This document shows positions 39,429-53,517 of a stretch of DNA of 64,000 nt, piece after piece. How positions within the stretch are numbered: position 1 is the first letter of the stretch; every line of letters starts with the position of its first letter. The stretch is from the NCBI RefSeq assembly GCF_009914755.1, contig NC_060931.1; one strand, given 5' to 3'. Under the pieces are notes generated by a model that saw nothing but the letters and a program-made list of their open reading frames with translations, was not told where the DNA came from and made no database searches. The position numbers and the translations under genes were made by a program. Source of the DNA: the human T2T-CHM13v2.0 reference genome, Homo sapiens.

Positions 39429-41079
39429 TATAGCTAAATCTCTTGCAGAAGCCCAGTTCACTTTGTCTTTTTATCCAAATATGCTTTCCTACCTCTAAAA
39501 TACCTCACATGCTTTCCCTCCTCTAAAATACCTTTATCCATTCTTTAATATATGAAATCACCCTCTATTTTACTTATGAATAAAGGAATAAAGGTATTTT
39601 TGAGGCCATCACTGAGAGAGAGCAGCAGAGTAAATGTTGGAATCTTATATCCAGAGTGGGTGGAGCTGGCTAAATAAGACCACAGCTTTCTCGGAATAAC
39701 TGGTCATTTTATATCTCTGTGGATCTTCCCTAATATCAAATATTTGTCTTACCTAAGGCATAAAATGCCTTGCAGCAAGTAAATATACCATAACAACAAG
39801 GATTAGCTTCACTCTTACAATTTATTTCTATGCTCCCTATGTTACACTCTACTGATTGTTTCTCAGTTAAGGAAAAGAAGTAAGATACAGAATTTACAAA
39901 TTAAAATGTTCATTCTTGGAACCTGTGAGCTGATTCTGTTTTTAGTGAAAATAAAACAGAGTCATCTACCCTAAAATGATTAAGATGAGAAGAATGAAAT
40001 GCCTCATTTTCTATATAAAGAGCTTTGAAGTAGAGGTTAGAAGGCCTGGGGTTTACATATTTGCTTTAATATTTATGAGACACGGATCTAAGGCAAAACT
40101 CCTAACTTCCTTCAGGCTCATTTTCTTAATCTATGAAGTTAAAGTAATCATGATACAGGTTCTGCCTCTCTCTCAGAGTTCTGCTGGGAGCACATAAGAC
40201 CCTCAATGATAAATGCCTTTAGGACTTGGCACCAGCTTGGCACATTTTCATCCACAGTGATATGTAGCTTTGAGTTACATATTGTGCTTCTTCAAGGTCA
40301 TGCATCATTATTGTTTTCTTATGATGCATTACAAATATTTATTCTAAAGTGGCCAAACATCTTGACTTTTTTGTATAAAGAAGGGAAACCACATCTTGAG
40401 AACAAGCCAGTGTAAATGTTGGAAGTTTTTATCCAAAGTAGGTAAAGTTGACTAAAAGGTAAAAAATAAATAAATAAATAAAAACAGAGGTACATGCTGT
40501 GAAAAACTAAGGATTAAGAGAGTAAAAGAGTATAGCAATTGTTTCTTGGCTGCCTGATCCTTTTATCTGAAAATACAAATTTCCACATAAGCCTGCTTAA
40601 GTTTTAAAAAGAAAAGTTCACCTTGGATCATAGTAGGGAAAGAAATAAACAAACACCAAGGGTGGTCTTGAGACAGGTCATGAGAAACTCTGAAGCTGGT
40701 CGATTATTAATCTCCTAGCTAGCTACGGGGAAAGAATGGGCATGGCTTCCATATGGAATGCCGAGTATGTCAGCCTGATTAGAGACAGGTACAAGGTAGG
40801 GAATGCTGAGAAATAAGGCAGGGTAGATGACATTCAGCATCTGAAGGGGACTTGGGATTCAGACAGAAGTTTTGGGTCAGTGGGAGCACCCAATTCAGAA
40901 TAATCTAGATTGCAGATTCCTGGGCCTTACCATAGACCTGTTTATTTACTCAATGGCTGGCAGCTAAGAATCTGTATTTACAAAGTAACACAGGTGTTAC
41001 TTGAGTACATTGAAGTTCAGGAACCACTGCAGCAGATGTAAAATATAAATCTTTTTTATTTTTTAGTTTTTTAAAATTT

Positions 41080-41622
41080 AAAAATAAATTTTAAATGTTT
41101 TCCTGCTTTATAAAGGGATAATTGACAAAGTTTGTACATATATATCTATCAAATGATAGACATATATGTACAAACTTTGTCATATACAAAATGTCATATA
41201 CAAAATGTGATATTTTGATAGAAGTATAAGTTGTGAAATGATTACCACAATCAATATAATTAACATCTGTCAACTCACATTGTGTGTGTGTGATGAAAAT
41301 ATTTTGATATCTTCTCTCTTAGCAAATTTCAAGTATAAACTACATTATTAATAACTGTAACCATCATACTATACTTTGTCTCCAGAACTTATTTATCTTA
41401 TACCTGAAAGTCTGAATTCTTTCACCAACATTTCTCCATTTCCTCTATTTTTCAGCCCCTGGCAATCACCATTCTACCACTCTATTTCTATGAATTGGAT
41501 ATTTTGGATTCCACATATTAATGAGATCATGCATTGTTTATCTTTTTGTGTCTGGCTTATTTCACTTAGCATAATATACAATAGGTTCATCCATGTTGTT
41601 GCAAATGACAGGATTTCCTTGA
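41080..41622 (-). mobile_element. Old L1 3' end (L1MA/MB-like)
   Basis: CTTAGCAAATTTCAAGTA and TGTCTGGCTTATTTCACTTAGCATAAT...CCATGTTGTTGCAAATGACAGGATTTC. Confidence 0.78.
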
Positions 41623-43886
41623 TCTAGAGTCATATTCCTACAACATAGGAGTAATGTGAAATAAGGGGCCTTGCAGCCAGTGTCCAGGAATAAACAGGAA
41701 TCAGTGACTAACCATGATTAAAAATAATAATAATGACTAAGTGGGTAGGAGATCCAAATTGGAGGAGAGGAAGTATTTAAAACTGACCACATAATTTTAA
41801 GTCCATATAAAGAGGAGAGAATAGAGATACATTGACACAAATGGAGAATTGAGAGTGGCTAATTTTGTAGAAAATAAGTTCAGTTTGGAGTATTTAGATG
41901 ACGGCAATACTTTTAAACAGAAACTTACAGAAAGTAATTGAAAGAGGAGCTCCAAACTTGCAAGATACATCTTGGCTAGAACAACTGATGAAATTTTTAT
42001 GTAACACCTTCAAATGAGGCTTCTCTGTGTTTGTACCCCATTAAATTGTCAAAATATATGTTATTTCACATACAAAGGATTACATGAGCTAAATGCCAAT
42101 CGCGTGGGCAACCCAAAATGAAAATGTTTCACATTCAGGCATGATCTTCCAAGCTGTGTTTACAGTTTATGTCAAAGATCAAAATGTATGGCCTAGTTGA
42201 TAAAGTGAACATATTTAGTTATGTTGCTCTTTCTACGCCAGATGTAAAGCCCTTAAGTGTTGGACAACATGGTTAGAAACTCATTTATATACCCCAGTGA
42301 CCTCAAATATTTGATAAATGCTTAGTTGAGCTCAATTTTAAAGTGATCCTTAGAGATGATACCTGACAATATATGGCATCTCTCTACCTCTGGAGTTAAG
42401 CCTGTTTTTGCTAAATCCCTTGGGTTCAATTCCCAACTATGCTGCAGTCCTTTGAGAAGCTAATTAAGATGCCTGGCTAATATGGGAATTGTGGTCTGAA
42501 AATTAAGAGTTAGAGTGTGCCTCAAATCCCAGACTGGGTCCGCCCACTGGGAGGTTTCCTAATATTAGATATGCCCTTAACACAAACTGTTTATTCCTAA
42601 CTATGGTCTTAGTTGGAGGAGAATTAGAAAAGTATATGTGAGGAGATCTTTGATGGCTCTTACAAGCTATACATACTTCTAGCAAAAGTGTTTTTTTAAA
42701 AAGCTTTTGGTCACAAGTGTTTTAGTTTTTTTTTTTTTTTTTTGCTTGATTCTATTTTTAGCAAAAAAAGAAAAACTGCATTACAATCATTTAGCATGTA
42801 CAGTATCTAAAACATTTTATTGATCACAGTACAAATAAAAAGATAGGTATGTTCCCAGAGGACATAAGTTCTCTGATGCATCTCTAAATTTGAGAGTGTA
42901 CTTACACTCATGCAAGGATTAAAGTACATTTTTATTGTTTTCTGGTATTTTGCAGTACACATTTTTATGCAATATATTGTAAGGAATAGCGAATATAAAA
43001 CACATTATGTAAGGAACTTATTGTGTGTTAAATATTTGTTGTATCTAAATGAACATCTTTGCATTTTCTAAACTTGAATTTATATCTATATTATAAAAAT
43101 TAAATTATTTAAAATAAGTTTATATTTGATTCCTGTCCTTGACATTCTATGCTGTTTGTGTTAATTAATAAATTAATTAAGGTACTCATAGACATATTTT
43201 TTATTTTAATATAAAGAAATTCAAAGCAGATTCAAATGTATTTTCTACCAAACACTTTTTTGGACTTTTGGATTGCATCACATATGCACAGAATAGATAA
43301 ATTCATTTATTCATTATTTTGACAAACACTTACTCTGCGTATACTATGTCCCAAGAACTGTTCCAAGTGCCAAGGATACAGCAGAAAACGAAGCATGATT
43401 TGGGTGATCAAGAGCTTGCACTTCATCCTATATGTCAATAATTATAGTAGTATTTTACCTCCAAATAGTAATTTTGATTCAAATCTTTATTATAATAAAC
43501 TCATAAAACTGAGAGATTATTTCTAGAAGCAGAGGTCATAGAAGAAATTCTGCTGCAGAGCTGAACATAGAGCTCAAATTTTAATTAATTCCTTCTAGCT
43601 TTCAGTAATATGGACACCTAGGCTCTCAAATTAGGGATTTTCCTTTCTTGAAATTCATTGTTTGAGGTTGCAAACAAGCAACCTCAGTGCTTGTTTACTT
43701 AATGCAATTGATTGATTTGGCCTATATGAAAAGGACTACCTTGTATGCATTGATGAGAAGTGTTTGAGCCTGGTCATTTTAATTGCAAATATTTTATAAT
43801 CCATGTCTTTATAAGTGTATTTTTCTAACTCTGCATCCTTCAATGGGAGATCTTTATCTTTGCATCCACTGCTCACTTTTTTCCAG

Positions 43887-43979
43887 GTCTTAGGGGAAAA
43901 GCCAGAGCTTCCAGATGGAGGTGATGATGATGACATTATAGCAGACATAAGTAACAGGAAAATGGCTAAACTATACATG
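43887..43979 (+). CDS. SCIN: Scinderin coding exon (probably exon 5), 93 bp
   Basis: ttccag|GTC...ATG|gtgagt; [31 protein letters not shown]. Confidence 0.96.
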
Positions 43980-46095
43980 GTGAGTTCACTGTAACCAAAT
44001 TTATTGTTTCAACAGTACTGGATGTAGCTAGGGAGGCCTGTATTGGGCGGGATTCCCGTTGCTGCAGTTGAGAACTCTCCTCATTGCTCTCCAAGAGCAA
44101 TGTGTAGATAGAATCAGTTCTTTGCTCTTGTATGTTTTTTTAATTAAGTTTTAATACTTTTTGTTATTTTTATGAAAAACAACAAATATGTGAACTTATT
44201 GCTGTGACTTCATAAAATTATATATTGTTGCTGTACTAGTTTGCAACGATCTTTTGATATATAATACTCAATACAATGTTTCCTTTATGGAGTAAAAATA
44301 TTTTATCAGCTTTTTCTTATAAATTCTTGATAAGAATGTAAAGTCTTCACCCTATTTAAAACATTGTCTTTAGCCATAATGAAGGAGTTCTTTGTTACAG
44401 GAGGGCTGAGCTACCAAATGAAACAGCTGGAGGGAAACAGGGTAAAAACAGTTCTGTTCCAGGCATTAACCTACCTACTTCCATATCAGCTCTATAGCAC
44501 ATGATTAGGAGCATGACTTTGCACAGGACATAACCACTCTGGGTCTAAGTATTCTTATGCACACACAACAAAGAAAGTAGGTTCCTTCCAACTCTATAGT
44601 TTTTTTTATTCTTTGTTTGTTTGTTTTTTCTGTTGAGGGTAACAAAAACTGCAAGACACTCCAGTTAAGGAGGTTGCTACAGTGGTATTCTTCCAGTGTT
44701 CCCTCCCCTTGCAACTTTCTAAGCGTGTGATTTGGAGCAGATCGTAAATCTCCATGCAGAATTTAGTAGTTTTCTCATCTGTAACAGAAAGAAACTATAT
44801 TTGCTGCTCTTTAAGGGATTTTTGGCTCCGAAACTCTGTGATTTTACATGAAGACCAAATTAATAACTTGTTTAGCGTAATTTCCTTTTCATAATGAATA
44901 AGTGGATTTTTTTTCTTCTAGATGCAAAAGGAAATATGGTTACCATTTCTGCTAAATACTGGTAATTTTAATATGAGCCATACAGAAAGTGTTAGCTAAA
45001 TATTTTGTGACTGCTTTTAAAAATTACTATTTCTAAAACTCATTTTCAACAGCCTAACAGATATCTTTTATTTCACATCATCAACCAAAACTGTTCTCCC
45101 TCCTGGACAGCATTATGAACTAAAGAAGTATTTTTAAATGGGAAAATATTCATCCTGAGTCATAGCTTCCTCTAGTGGAGCTATGCTGTATTACATGGAT
45201 ATAAAGTATAAAGTTCCTTTGAAAATAATTCGGGTTTCTTAACAAGGCTGGCAAGCAAAATCACCTGGGGCATTTTCAAAACTACAGAATTCAGACTCCA
45301 CCCTGGTCCTGCAAAACTCCACTAATCTAGGGAGGGCTCTGGAATCTGTATAATAGGTAACTAAACTGTAGCATACAAGCTGGCCATTGAAAACCAGTAA
45401 ATCCTAACCTGCACATGAATATCACTTTCAATTTTGTAAGACCACTTAAAAATTTGTTTTAATAGTCTGTAGTCATTTCTAAATGTGACAGAAGAAATTT
45501 ACTTTGATAATTTATACAAAGTTTACTTAAATTGCAGGACCTATGTTGAAAAAATCTTTGTGCATAAACTATATCAATGTCCTCCTTAACAAAGCGACTG
45601 GTATATGGTAGACAGTAAATGTTGACTGAGTGATTGTTTAAACTTCATCTTGTGTGTATGTAATGATTTTAAGATTATTACCTACTTGAAAAGATTACTC
45701 TAAAATGTACAAGAAATAATCATGGAAAGTTAATTACATGATGCTTAGTACATAAGAGCATCTGAATAGACCTCAGCCATTATTATTATCACTATTCTTT
45801 TCTGATGTTTTAGGCACAGTGTCAAAACTTAACTTTTTATTTGTAGTTCCTTTACCCCAAAGGACTTTCAAAAAAATTAGAGTATAATTAGTCTTGTGGA
45901 TTCTTTTCATTTTCTTTGAAACAGTTTTATTGAGATATAATTTATACACCATAAAATTCTTGCATTTAAAGTGTACAATTCAATGCTTTTTATTTGATGA
46001 CATTTACCGAGTTGTACAACCATTACCATAATCTAATTATAGAACATCCTTATCATCCCCAAATGAAAACATGGAGGTCATGGTTTTTATATTAG

Positions 46096-46228
46096 GTTTC
46101 AGATGCAAGTGGCTCCATGAGAGTGACTGTGGTGGCAGAAGAAAACCCCTTCTCAATGGCAATGCTGCTGTCTGAAGAATGCTTTATTTTGGACCACGGG
46201 GCTGCCAAACAAATTTTCGTATGGAAAG
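46096..46228 (+). CDS. SCIN: Scinderin coding exon (probably exon 6), 133 bp
   Basis: attag|GTT...AAAG|gtaaaa; [45 protein letters not shown] (G3). Confidence 0.96.
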
Positions 46229-46517
46229 GTAAAAAATTCCATTGACGATGCTGTATTTCAGATTTATAGATATTTCCTCTATAAGGGTAAATAAAATATA
46301 TTTTTTGATTTTAAAAAAAAGCCCACCTTTTAATTAAGACATGATCTATAAATGTCTCACATAAAATGCAGCCATTTTCCTCCTACCAACATCATATACC
46401 AGGGATTATGGAGTTAAAAAAAAAGCATTTGGGCAATATAAAAAGAATTGTTTTACAAATAACGTTTTTTCCTGTATTGTTAAATACACTTAATATACCA
46501 GGAAATTTTTGCTATTC

Positions 46518-46715
46518 TTTTTTTTTTTTTTTTTTTTTCCGTCGCCCAGGCTGGAGTGCAGCCCGCCACCACGCCCAGCTAATTTTTTTGTATTTTTTGT
46601 GGAGATGGGCTTTCACCGTGTTAGCCAGGATGGTCTCGATCTCTTGACCTCATGATCCACCTGCCTTGGCCTCCCAAAGTGCTAGGATTACAGGCGTGAG
46701 CCACCGCACCCGGCC
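46518..46715 (-). mobile_element. Alu with internal deletions
   Basis: Poly-T, fragmentary right arm and complete left arm; TSD ttttgctattcttt. Confidence 0.85.
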
Positions 46716-46848
46716 AATTTTGCTATTCTTTCACTGCTGTATTTAACTTCAATTATAATCATGTTTATTATGGTACACAAGTATTTCTTAATCATAGAAT
46801 GTCTTCCTTCTCTGAAGTTCTTTCTCTTTAATTTACCTTGTATTTTAG

Positions 46849-46937
46849 GTAAAGATGCTAATCCCCAAGAGAGGAAGGCTGCAATGAAGACAGCTGAAGA
46901 ATTTCTACAGCAAATGAATTATTCCAAGAATACCCAA
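46849..46937 (+). CDS. SCIN: Scinderin coding exon (probably exon 7), 89 bp
   Basis: ttttag|GT AAA...CAA|gtatgt; (G)[29 protein letters not shown]; phase 1 matches the previous exon. Confidence 0.96.
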
Positions 46938-47670
46938 GTATGTGTGAAACTGAACTGGCTAGAAAAAAATAGAAAACATTGGAGCTCATGACATCTCCAC
47001 GAAACTCATGAAAAAGTTTGGGTCAAAGTAACGTCTGTATGTGAAGTGATTCTCCACCTGCCTGTCTGCTGCAATCTGGTGTCCCTCTTCTTTATCTGCG
47101 TGGGGGTTAGAATTTTTTAGAAACTGCACATCAGACTTTCCATAGAGCTGCCCATTCACTTCCTCCACAGCCTTTAATTCAAGATAGTAAACCACAGTAG
47201 ATTTAGCTAAGAGCACTTAAGAGTTATTATTCCTTAGAGCAAGTTGTGCAGACTTGGCCTGAAACCCAGATGATATTTGTCTTCATCGAAATCAATTTAG
47301 ACCCTGGCTAGTTACTCCTTTCCTTTCCGAATCTCTCAGCCTCATCTACTCTCCTCATTTTTATGTCCCTGCACAAGGAACACAATGAGATCATTTCTTC
47401 CAGGTCACAGAGCTCTTGTGAACCTTATGTAGAAAGACAAACTTATTTTACTGCAGGGGTAACATATTAAAGAACTTGATTCTTCTCTCAAATATTCAAA
47501 TTCAGCGGCAATTACTTTAGTTGTGAGAAAAAGCAATTTTGGATTATATGAGCTTGATAGCTAAACCAGGATAATTTTCCATTTCCTTACTTTTGTCTCC
47601 ACTGCCAGATTCATATTTTCCCTTAATTTCTTATTTTCCTGTTTACTATTATTATTATTTTAAATTTCAG

Positions 47671-47886
47671 ATTCAAGTTCTTCCAGAAGGAGGTGAAACA
47701 CCAATCTTCAAACAGTTTTTTAAGGACTGGAGAGATAAAGATCAGAGTGATGGCTTCGGGAAAGTTTATGTCACAGAGAAAGTGGCTCAAATAAAACAAA
47801 TTCCCTTTGATGCCTCAAAATTACACAGTTCTCCGCAGATGGCAGCCCAGCACAATATGGTGGATGATGGTTCTGGCAAAGTGGAG
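47671..47886 (+). CDS. SCIN: Scinderin coding exon (probably exon 8), 216 bp
   Basis: tttcag|ATT...GAG|gtattt; [20 protein letters not shown]...[20 protein letters not shown]. Confidence 0.97.
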
Positions 47887-47947
47887 GTATTTACCTGTTT
47901 TTGTTTTTATCAAGCCCATTAATGCCAGTGTATGTAGGGGGAGGGTG

Positions 47948-48290
<343 letters not shown>

Positions 48291-49119
48291 TGGCTCTCCA
48301 CAGCCTTCCTGAGAAGATCCATCTTCAGCTGGACCCTTCACCCTTTCCGTCATCTTGGCTTCACCCTTCCGCTGCCTTGAGGACTGACTTCCCCTCTGCC
48401 ATCTAGCTAATGTTCCTACGCCTCCTTGGCAACTCAGTTAAATCACAAGCCATACCTTTTCTGAGAAGGCTTCCCTCAGCGCTGAAGTGGCCTTTCTCTG
48501 TGCTCAACCTCTAGCGATACTTCTCACATAATTTATCATATACCTACCACAGAGTTGTTCATTTACTGCCAGATTTCTCCTAGAGCTCTCATCGATTCCT
48601 TGAGGACAGGAATGAAATATTTCATCTCTATATTCCTAGGGCTTACTACAATTCTTGGACCAAAGTATATGGTCAAGAAATTAGGGAAATAATTTTTCCT
48701 CTTTTCAAAGACGTGAAGCGTGAATCTAAGCGGCATGGGTGTTGGAGAGTGGGAAGTGCCAAGGGAGAAGGTCACAAATGTCCCTCATGGCTGTTGTCAG
48801 AGGGGTATTGACTTCTGGGTCTGCATCTGTCTCCTGCTCAGACATTCCTGCCAGAGCTCAGCCCTCCTGGCAAACTTGGTCCCCAGCACCAGCTGTGTCC
48901 TGGCTGCAGCCTTCTCCTGTGCCATCCTAGGGCTGCTGAAATCTGGGGGCTCTCTCTCGGATCTTGTGCTCTCTCTAGGATCTAAGGCTTCTGCTCACTA
49001 GGATAGTATGGGGTGGCCTCTCTCTAGAAGCACTGCACTGTTCCTGTCCACTTGCTTATCTTCAGATTTCAAAGCAAAGAGTCTGCCCTTCCCAACTGAG
49101 AACTTAGGCAAGTGTGCGC

Positions 49120-49157
<38 letters not shown>

Positions 49158-49371
49158 GCATGTACACACACAGTGCCTGGCAGCCTCTCCTTCGTTTGTT
49201 ACTCTCCTGTTTCATCTACAATTCTCATCTCTCCAAGTTGGAGGGTCTTTAATCTGTGCTGAAGATGAGGAGGCAGAATGAAAGTGGTTCTGCCTGCTTT
49301 TCTCCCAGCATCACATTTCGGTCTTATTCCTGGATGGCACCTTTTAAAAACAGAAGTCATATTATTGGCAT

Positions 49372-49720
49372 GGTCTTAGTCTGTTCAGGCTACTATAACA
49401 AAAGTACCATAGATTGGGGGTTTAAGCAGAAACATGTATTTCTCACCAGTCTGGAGGCTGGGGAGTCTAAGCTCAAGGTTTTGATGGGCTCAGTGTTTGG
49501 TGGAGGATCCACTTTCAGGTTCATAGACTTTTTGCTGCATCCTCACATGGTGGAAAAGGAGCTAGAGAGCTTTCTGATTATAAGGGCACTAATTTCACTC
49601 ATGAAGGCTCCAGCCTCATGACCTAATTACCTCCCAAAGGTCCCACCTCCTAATACCATCACACTGGAGGTTAGGATTTCAACATACATTGTGGAGGGAC
49701 TCAAACATTCAGTGTGTTGT
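49372..49720 (-). mobile_element. MLT1A-like LTR
   Basis: TCTTAGTCTGTTCAGGCTACTATAACAAAAGTACCATAG...CCTAATACCATCACACTGGAGGTTAGGATTTCAACAT. Confidence 0.72.
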
Positions 49721-50185
49721 AGCATTTTTAGTATTTGGTCACAGTCTATCAAGTTTTGCCTGGGAAAATAATAGTCCGCTATCTTAAAGCACAGGGAAAA
49801 AAATATATATATATGTTATTTCATAATTGAAGAAAAAAATTAACTATAAAATAGATATATATTTCTGAGCTGAATCTTGCAGTTTTTTATTCCACTGGAG
49901 TGTCATGTTATTTCCACTAGTAGATGAAACAATAAGTATTTATTAATCAATGGGCTCGGAACTGAGCTTAATACTGTAGAGGAAGCAAAAGACACATAAA
50001 AGTAGTTAAAATGTCAATAAATTGGCAAATCGATAACAATTTCTTTGCTTGATTTGTAAACTAGTTAATAAATAATTTAAAAGTTGTTTAATAATGGATT
50101 TGAACCAAAAATTATTTAAAGCTTATGAGAAATATTATTAGATCAAGAAAATTGTAATTTGTTGTATATATTCCATTCCTTCCAG

Positions 50186-50307
50186 ATTTGGCGTGTAGAA
50201 AACAATGGTAGGATCCAAGTTGACCAAAACTCATATGGTGAATTCTATGGTGGTGACTGCTACATCATACTCTACACCTATCCCAGAGGACAGATTATCT
50301 ACACGTG
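50186..50307 (+). CDS. SCIN: Scinderin coding exon (probably exon 9), 122 bp
   Basis: ttccag|ATT...TG|gtgagt; [41 protein letters not shown] (G4, FYGGDCY motif). Confidence 0.97.
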
Positions 50308-51319
50308 GTGAGTTTATACGGGTAAAGATCTCGAGTTCCACAGGAGCCAGATTTTGCTCCAAAGTATTAAATTCTATGCATTATGGGGTAGAATAATCCT
50401 ATAATCATCCCAGTGAGATTTGTATAGCATGCATATAGTATTTTCTTTTTACATGATTTTGACTATGTTTTGCAGCTGCCATCCACACAGGCAGCAGGAG
50501 TCACATAAAGATCATGCTATCTAGTCTAGGCAAAAAGTTTTGATATCCTAAACCAGTGATGTTCTCCTAGTGGATATGTAGTTGAATATCTCATCTTGTA
50601 TGCAGGTTAACACTGCAACAGCAAGTGTCAGGTACCATGGTTTCTTATGGTTAAAATTCACAGAGGTCCATCCTAATTGGAACTGCAAAGTTGCAATATG
50701 GCAAAACCTGTAAGAGATACAATTTGTGATTCCACTGATACCTCAACTTGATGCAATTCTTATTCTTGTTTCCATTAAATTCACAAGAATAATGGAAAAA
50801 ATATGCAACTGTGTTTTCATATTACATGGTTTTGCATGATGATTTAATTGAAGTCTAAATTTGCCAATGCCCTGCTCAAGGAGGAAATGATCAAATGTCC
50901 AACCAAGTAATTTATGTGCATACACCATGCTAGGATATGTCAAGGGATAGGGATTCTGCAACAAATTATATAATGTGAAATTCTCTAACTTTTTATTAAG
51001 TGAAATCAGGTAAAAATAGAATATTGCTAAGACGGCTGGAAAAAAGAAAATAATTCTTAAAAAAGATCTTCAAGCAGAGAAATGTGGGCTGTGGGCGTAA
51101 GGTACAAAGGCAGGGCAGACGCCTACCTTTGCCTACATAGTGATAACAACCTATAATAGGTATATAGAATATAGATGCATTCAGTCCTCTGCTGATATGG
51201 TGACATTTCTTTTTGGTGAACCTCACACCGAGACAGTCACATGCATCCCCATAGTCTGGTCATCCACACTGCCCAGTGCCTTGAGCCCAGTCAAGTTCAG
51301 GAGATGGGATGACACCAAA

Positions 51320-51600
51320 AGAGTGGTCTGGGAACTCGGAGGTATCAATATCACCTGGGAGCTTCTTAGATATGTAGACTCTCAGGCCCCACCTTTGACC
51401 CACAAAGGCAGAACCTGCATTTTAGCAAGGACCTCAAGTAATTCATATGCACTTTAATGATTGACAGGCACTGCTTCAGGCAGTGGTTTAGAACACTGAC
51501 TGCATATTGGAATAACCTGGACAATTTCTCATAAATCCAAATGCTGTCACCCACACCAAATAAATCAAAATCTCAGCTGGGGGGAATCCTGAGATTCTAA
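51320..51600. mobile_element. MER5-like hAT fragments
   Basis: ATCACCTGGGAGCTT...CTGCATTTTAGCAAG motifs; a second copy follows. Confidence 0.55.
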
Positions 51601-52509
51601 TCTATACCACCACATCGGTGTGAACCACCACCGCACCCAGAACACTCTGACGCCACAGTCAATCCATATGCTGTCCTAGACGAATGCATTTAGCTATTTA
51701 GCTCTGCGATTAACATGTCGTCTTAATAGCAACCATTCTGTGAGCAGCATGTTTGCACTGGCAAAGTGCCAGATGTTTCCTTGTATTTTTTATTTCTTTC
51801 CAAAAAGAGTGGAGCAGGGGAGATTAGACAGATTAAGTAATTTAACTCAAAGTCACAGCTGTTGTAACTGGTAAAGCAACATTTTAAATCTTAATCTATT
51901 GGTCTCTTTAAGGCCTGAGTATATCAATACCAGGTAGTTATGTCCTTATTTTGCAATTTCCTTTTCTAAAATTTTAATTCAGAAAAGTGTTTGTGCAACA
52001 AAATCATGGCATTTATAGGGATAAATTAATTATTCCCAGTTAACTTTTCTTTTGCATTTTATTTCATGGTCTTCCTCTTAATTCTCTTTTGAATATGAAA
52101 AACATAATTGATTGTGGTACTTACATTAAACGAAAAAAGACTAAGCAAGTAATGCAAAAGAGTGGTTTGAGGAATTAACAGTTTGCAACCCATATAAATG
52201 CCTATGTGGACATATTAAAATAGAATAAATCAGGTTACAAATTTTAAATGCTAAATTTGAGTTTTAAATAGTAGCTATTTCTTGTATCATTTGAAAGTGT
52301 TTATTGAGCACTTTATGTGCCAAGCATTGTACTAATTTCTGGAGATACAGTGGTGGAAAGAAAACTATAACCCGTGCCTTCAGGAGCTTATACGTAATGA
52401 GAAACAGATGATTAACAGGTGTTTTTAGTGCAATATAAAGGATTTTATGTAAGATCAAGTTGAGTGATCTTTGGATAATTATATACAGACCCTCCACCAT
52501 ACCCCTAGG

Positions 52510-52898
52510 CTATTGGTTAAATATTTGTACCCTCTAGAACTCATGTTGAAACTTAATTTTCAGTGTGGAAGTATTGGGAGATGGGGCATTTAAGAGGTGA
52601 TAGCTCTCATGAATGGATGAGTTCATTAATGGATGAATGGGTTATCATGAGAATGGGGCCAGTGGCTTTATAAGAAGAGAAAGAAGCCTGAGCTGGCATA
52701 CTCAACCCCCTCACTGTGTGATGACCTGCACTGCCTCAGGAGTCTGCAGAGTCTTTGCCAGCAAGAAAACCCTCACCAGATGTGATCTCTTGACTTTGGA
52801 CTTCTCACCCTCCATAACTGTAAAAATAAGTTCCTTTTCCTTATAAATTACCCTGTTTCAGGTATTCTGTTATAAGCAACAGAAAATGAACTAAGACA
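52510..52898 (+). mobile_element. MST-like MaLR LTR
   Basis: ACTCATGTTGAAACTTAAT...GCAAGAAAACCCTCACCAGATG...GGTATTCTGTTATAAGCAACAGAAAATGAACTAAGACA. Confidence 0.72.
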
Positions 52899-53170
52899 GG
52901 CTCCTAGAAAAAGTGACATTGAAGTGGGAGATAGACAGGCATGCAAATAGAGAAGTTGATCCAAGAAATGCAGGAAAATAGTGTGCTCCAATCTACTCGT
53001 CATAGAGTATGGCTGAAGAACATTTAGGGAACAAAAGATAAAACGAGGGAAATTAGAAGGAGCCAAATTGCAAATGGCCTCATAAACCATGCTGAAGAGG
53101 ACAAACTTTATTTTTAAGACATTGGGGGTCACTCAAAGAGTTTGTATGGGGTGTTATATGATTGGTTTTC

Positions 53171-53517
53171 ATTTTATTTTATTTTATTTTATTTTATTTT
53201 ATTTTATTTTATTTTATTTTATTTTATTTTATTTTAGACAAAGTCTCACTCTGTTGCCCAGGCTGGAGTACAGTGGTGCCACTCTTGGCTCATTGCAACC
53301 TCCGCCTCCCGGGTTCAAGCTATTCTCCTGCCTCAGCCTCCTGAGTACCTGGGATTAGAGGCGCACACCACATGCCCTGCTAATTTTTTGTATTTTTAGT
53401 AGAGATAGTATTTCACCATGTTGGCCAGGCTGGTCTTGCACTCCTGACCTCAAGTGGTCCACCTGCCTTGGCCTCCTAAAGTGTTGAGATTACAGGCATG
53501 AGCCACTGCACCTGGCC
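53171..53517 (-). mobile_element. AluS with (ATTTT)n tail
   Basis: About 13 pentamer units followed by the Alu body. Confidence 0.9.
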
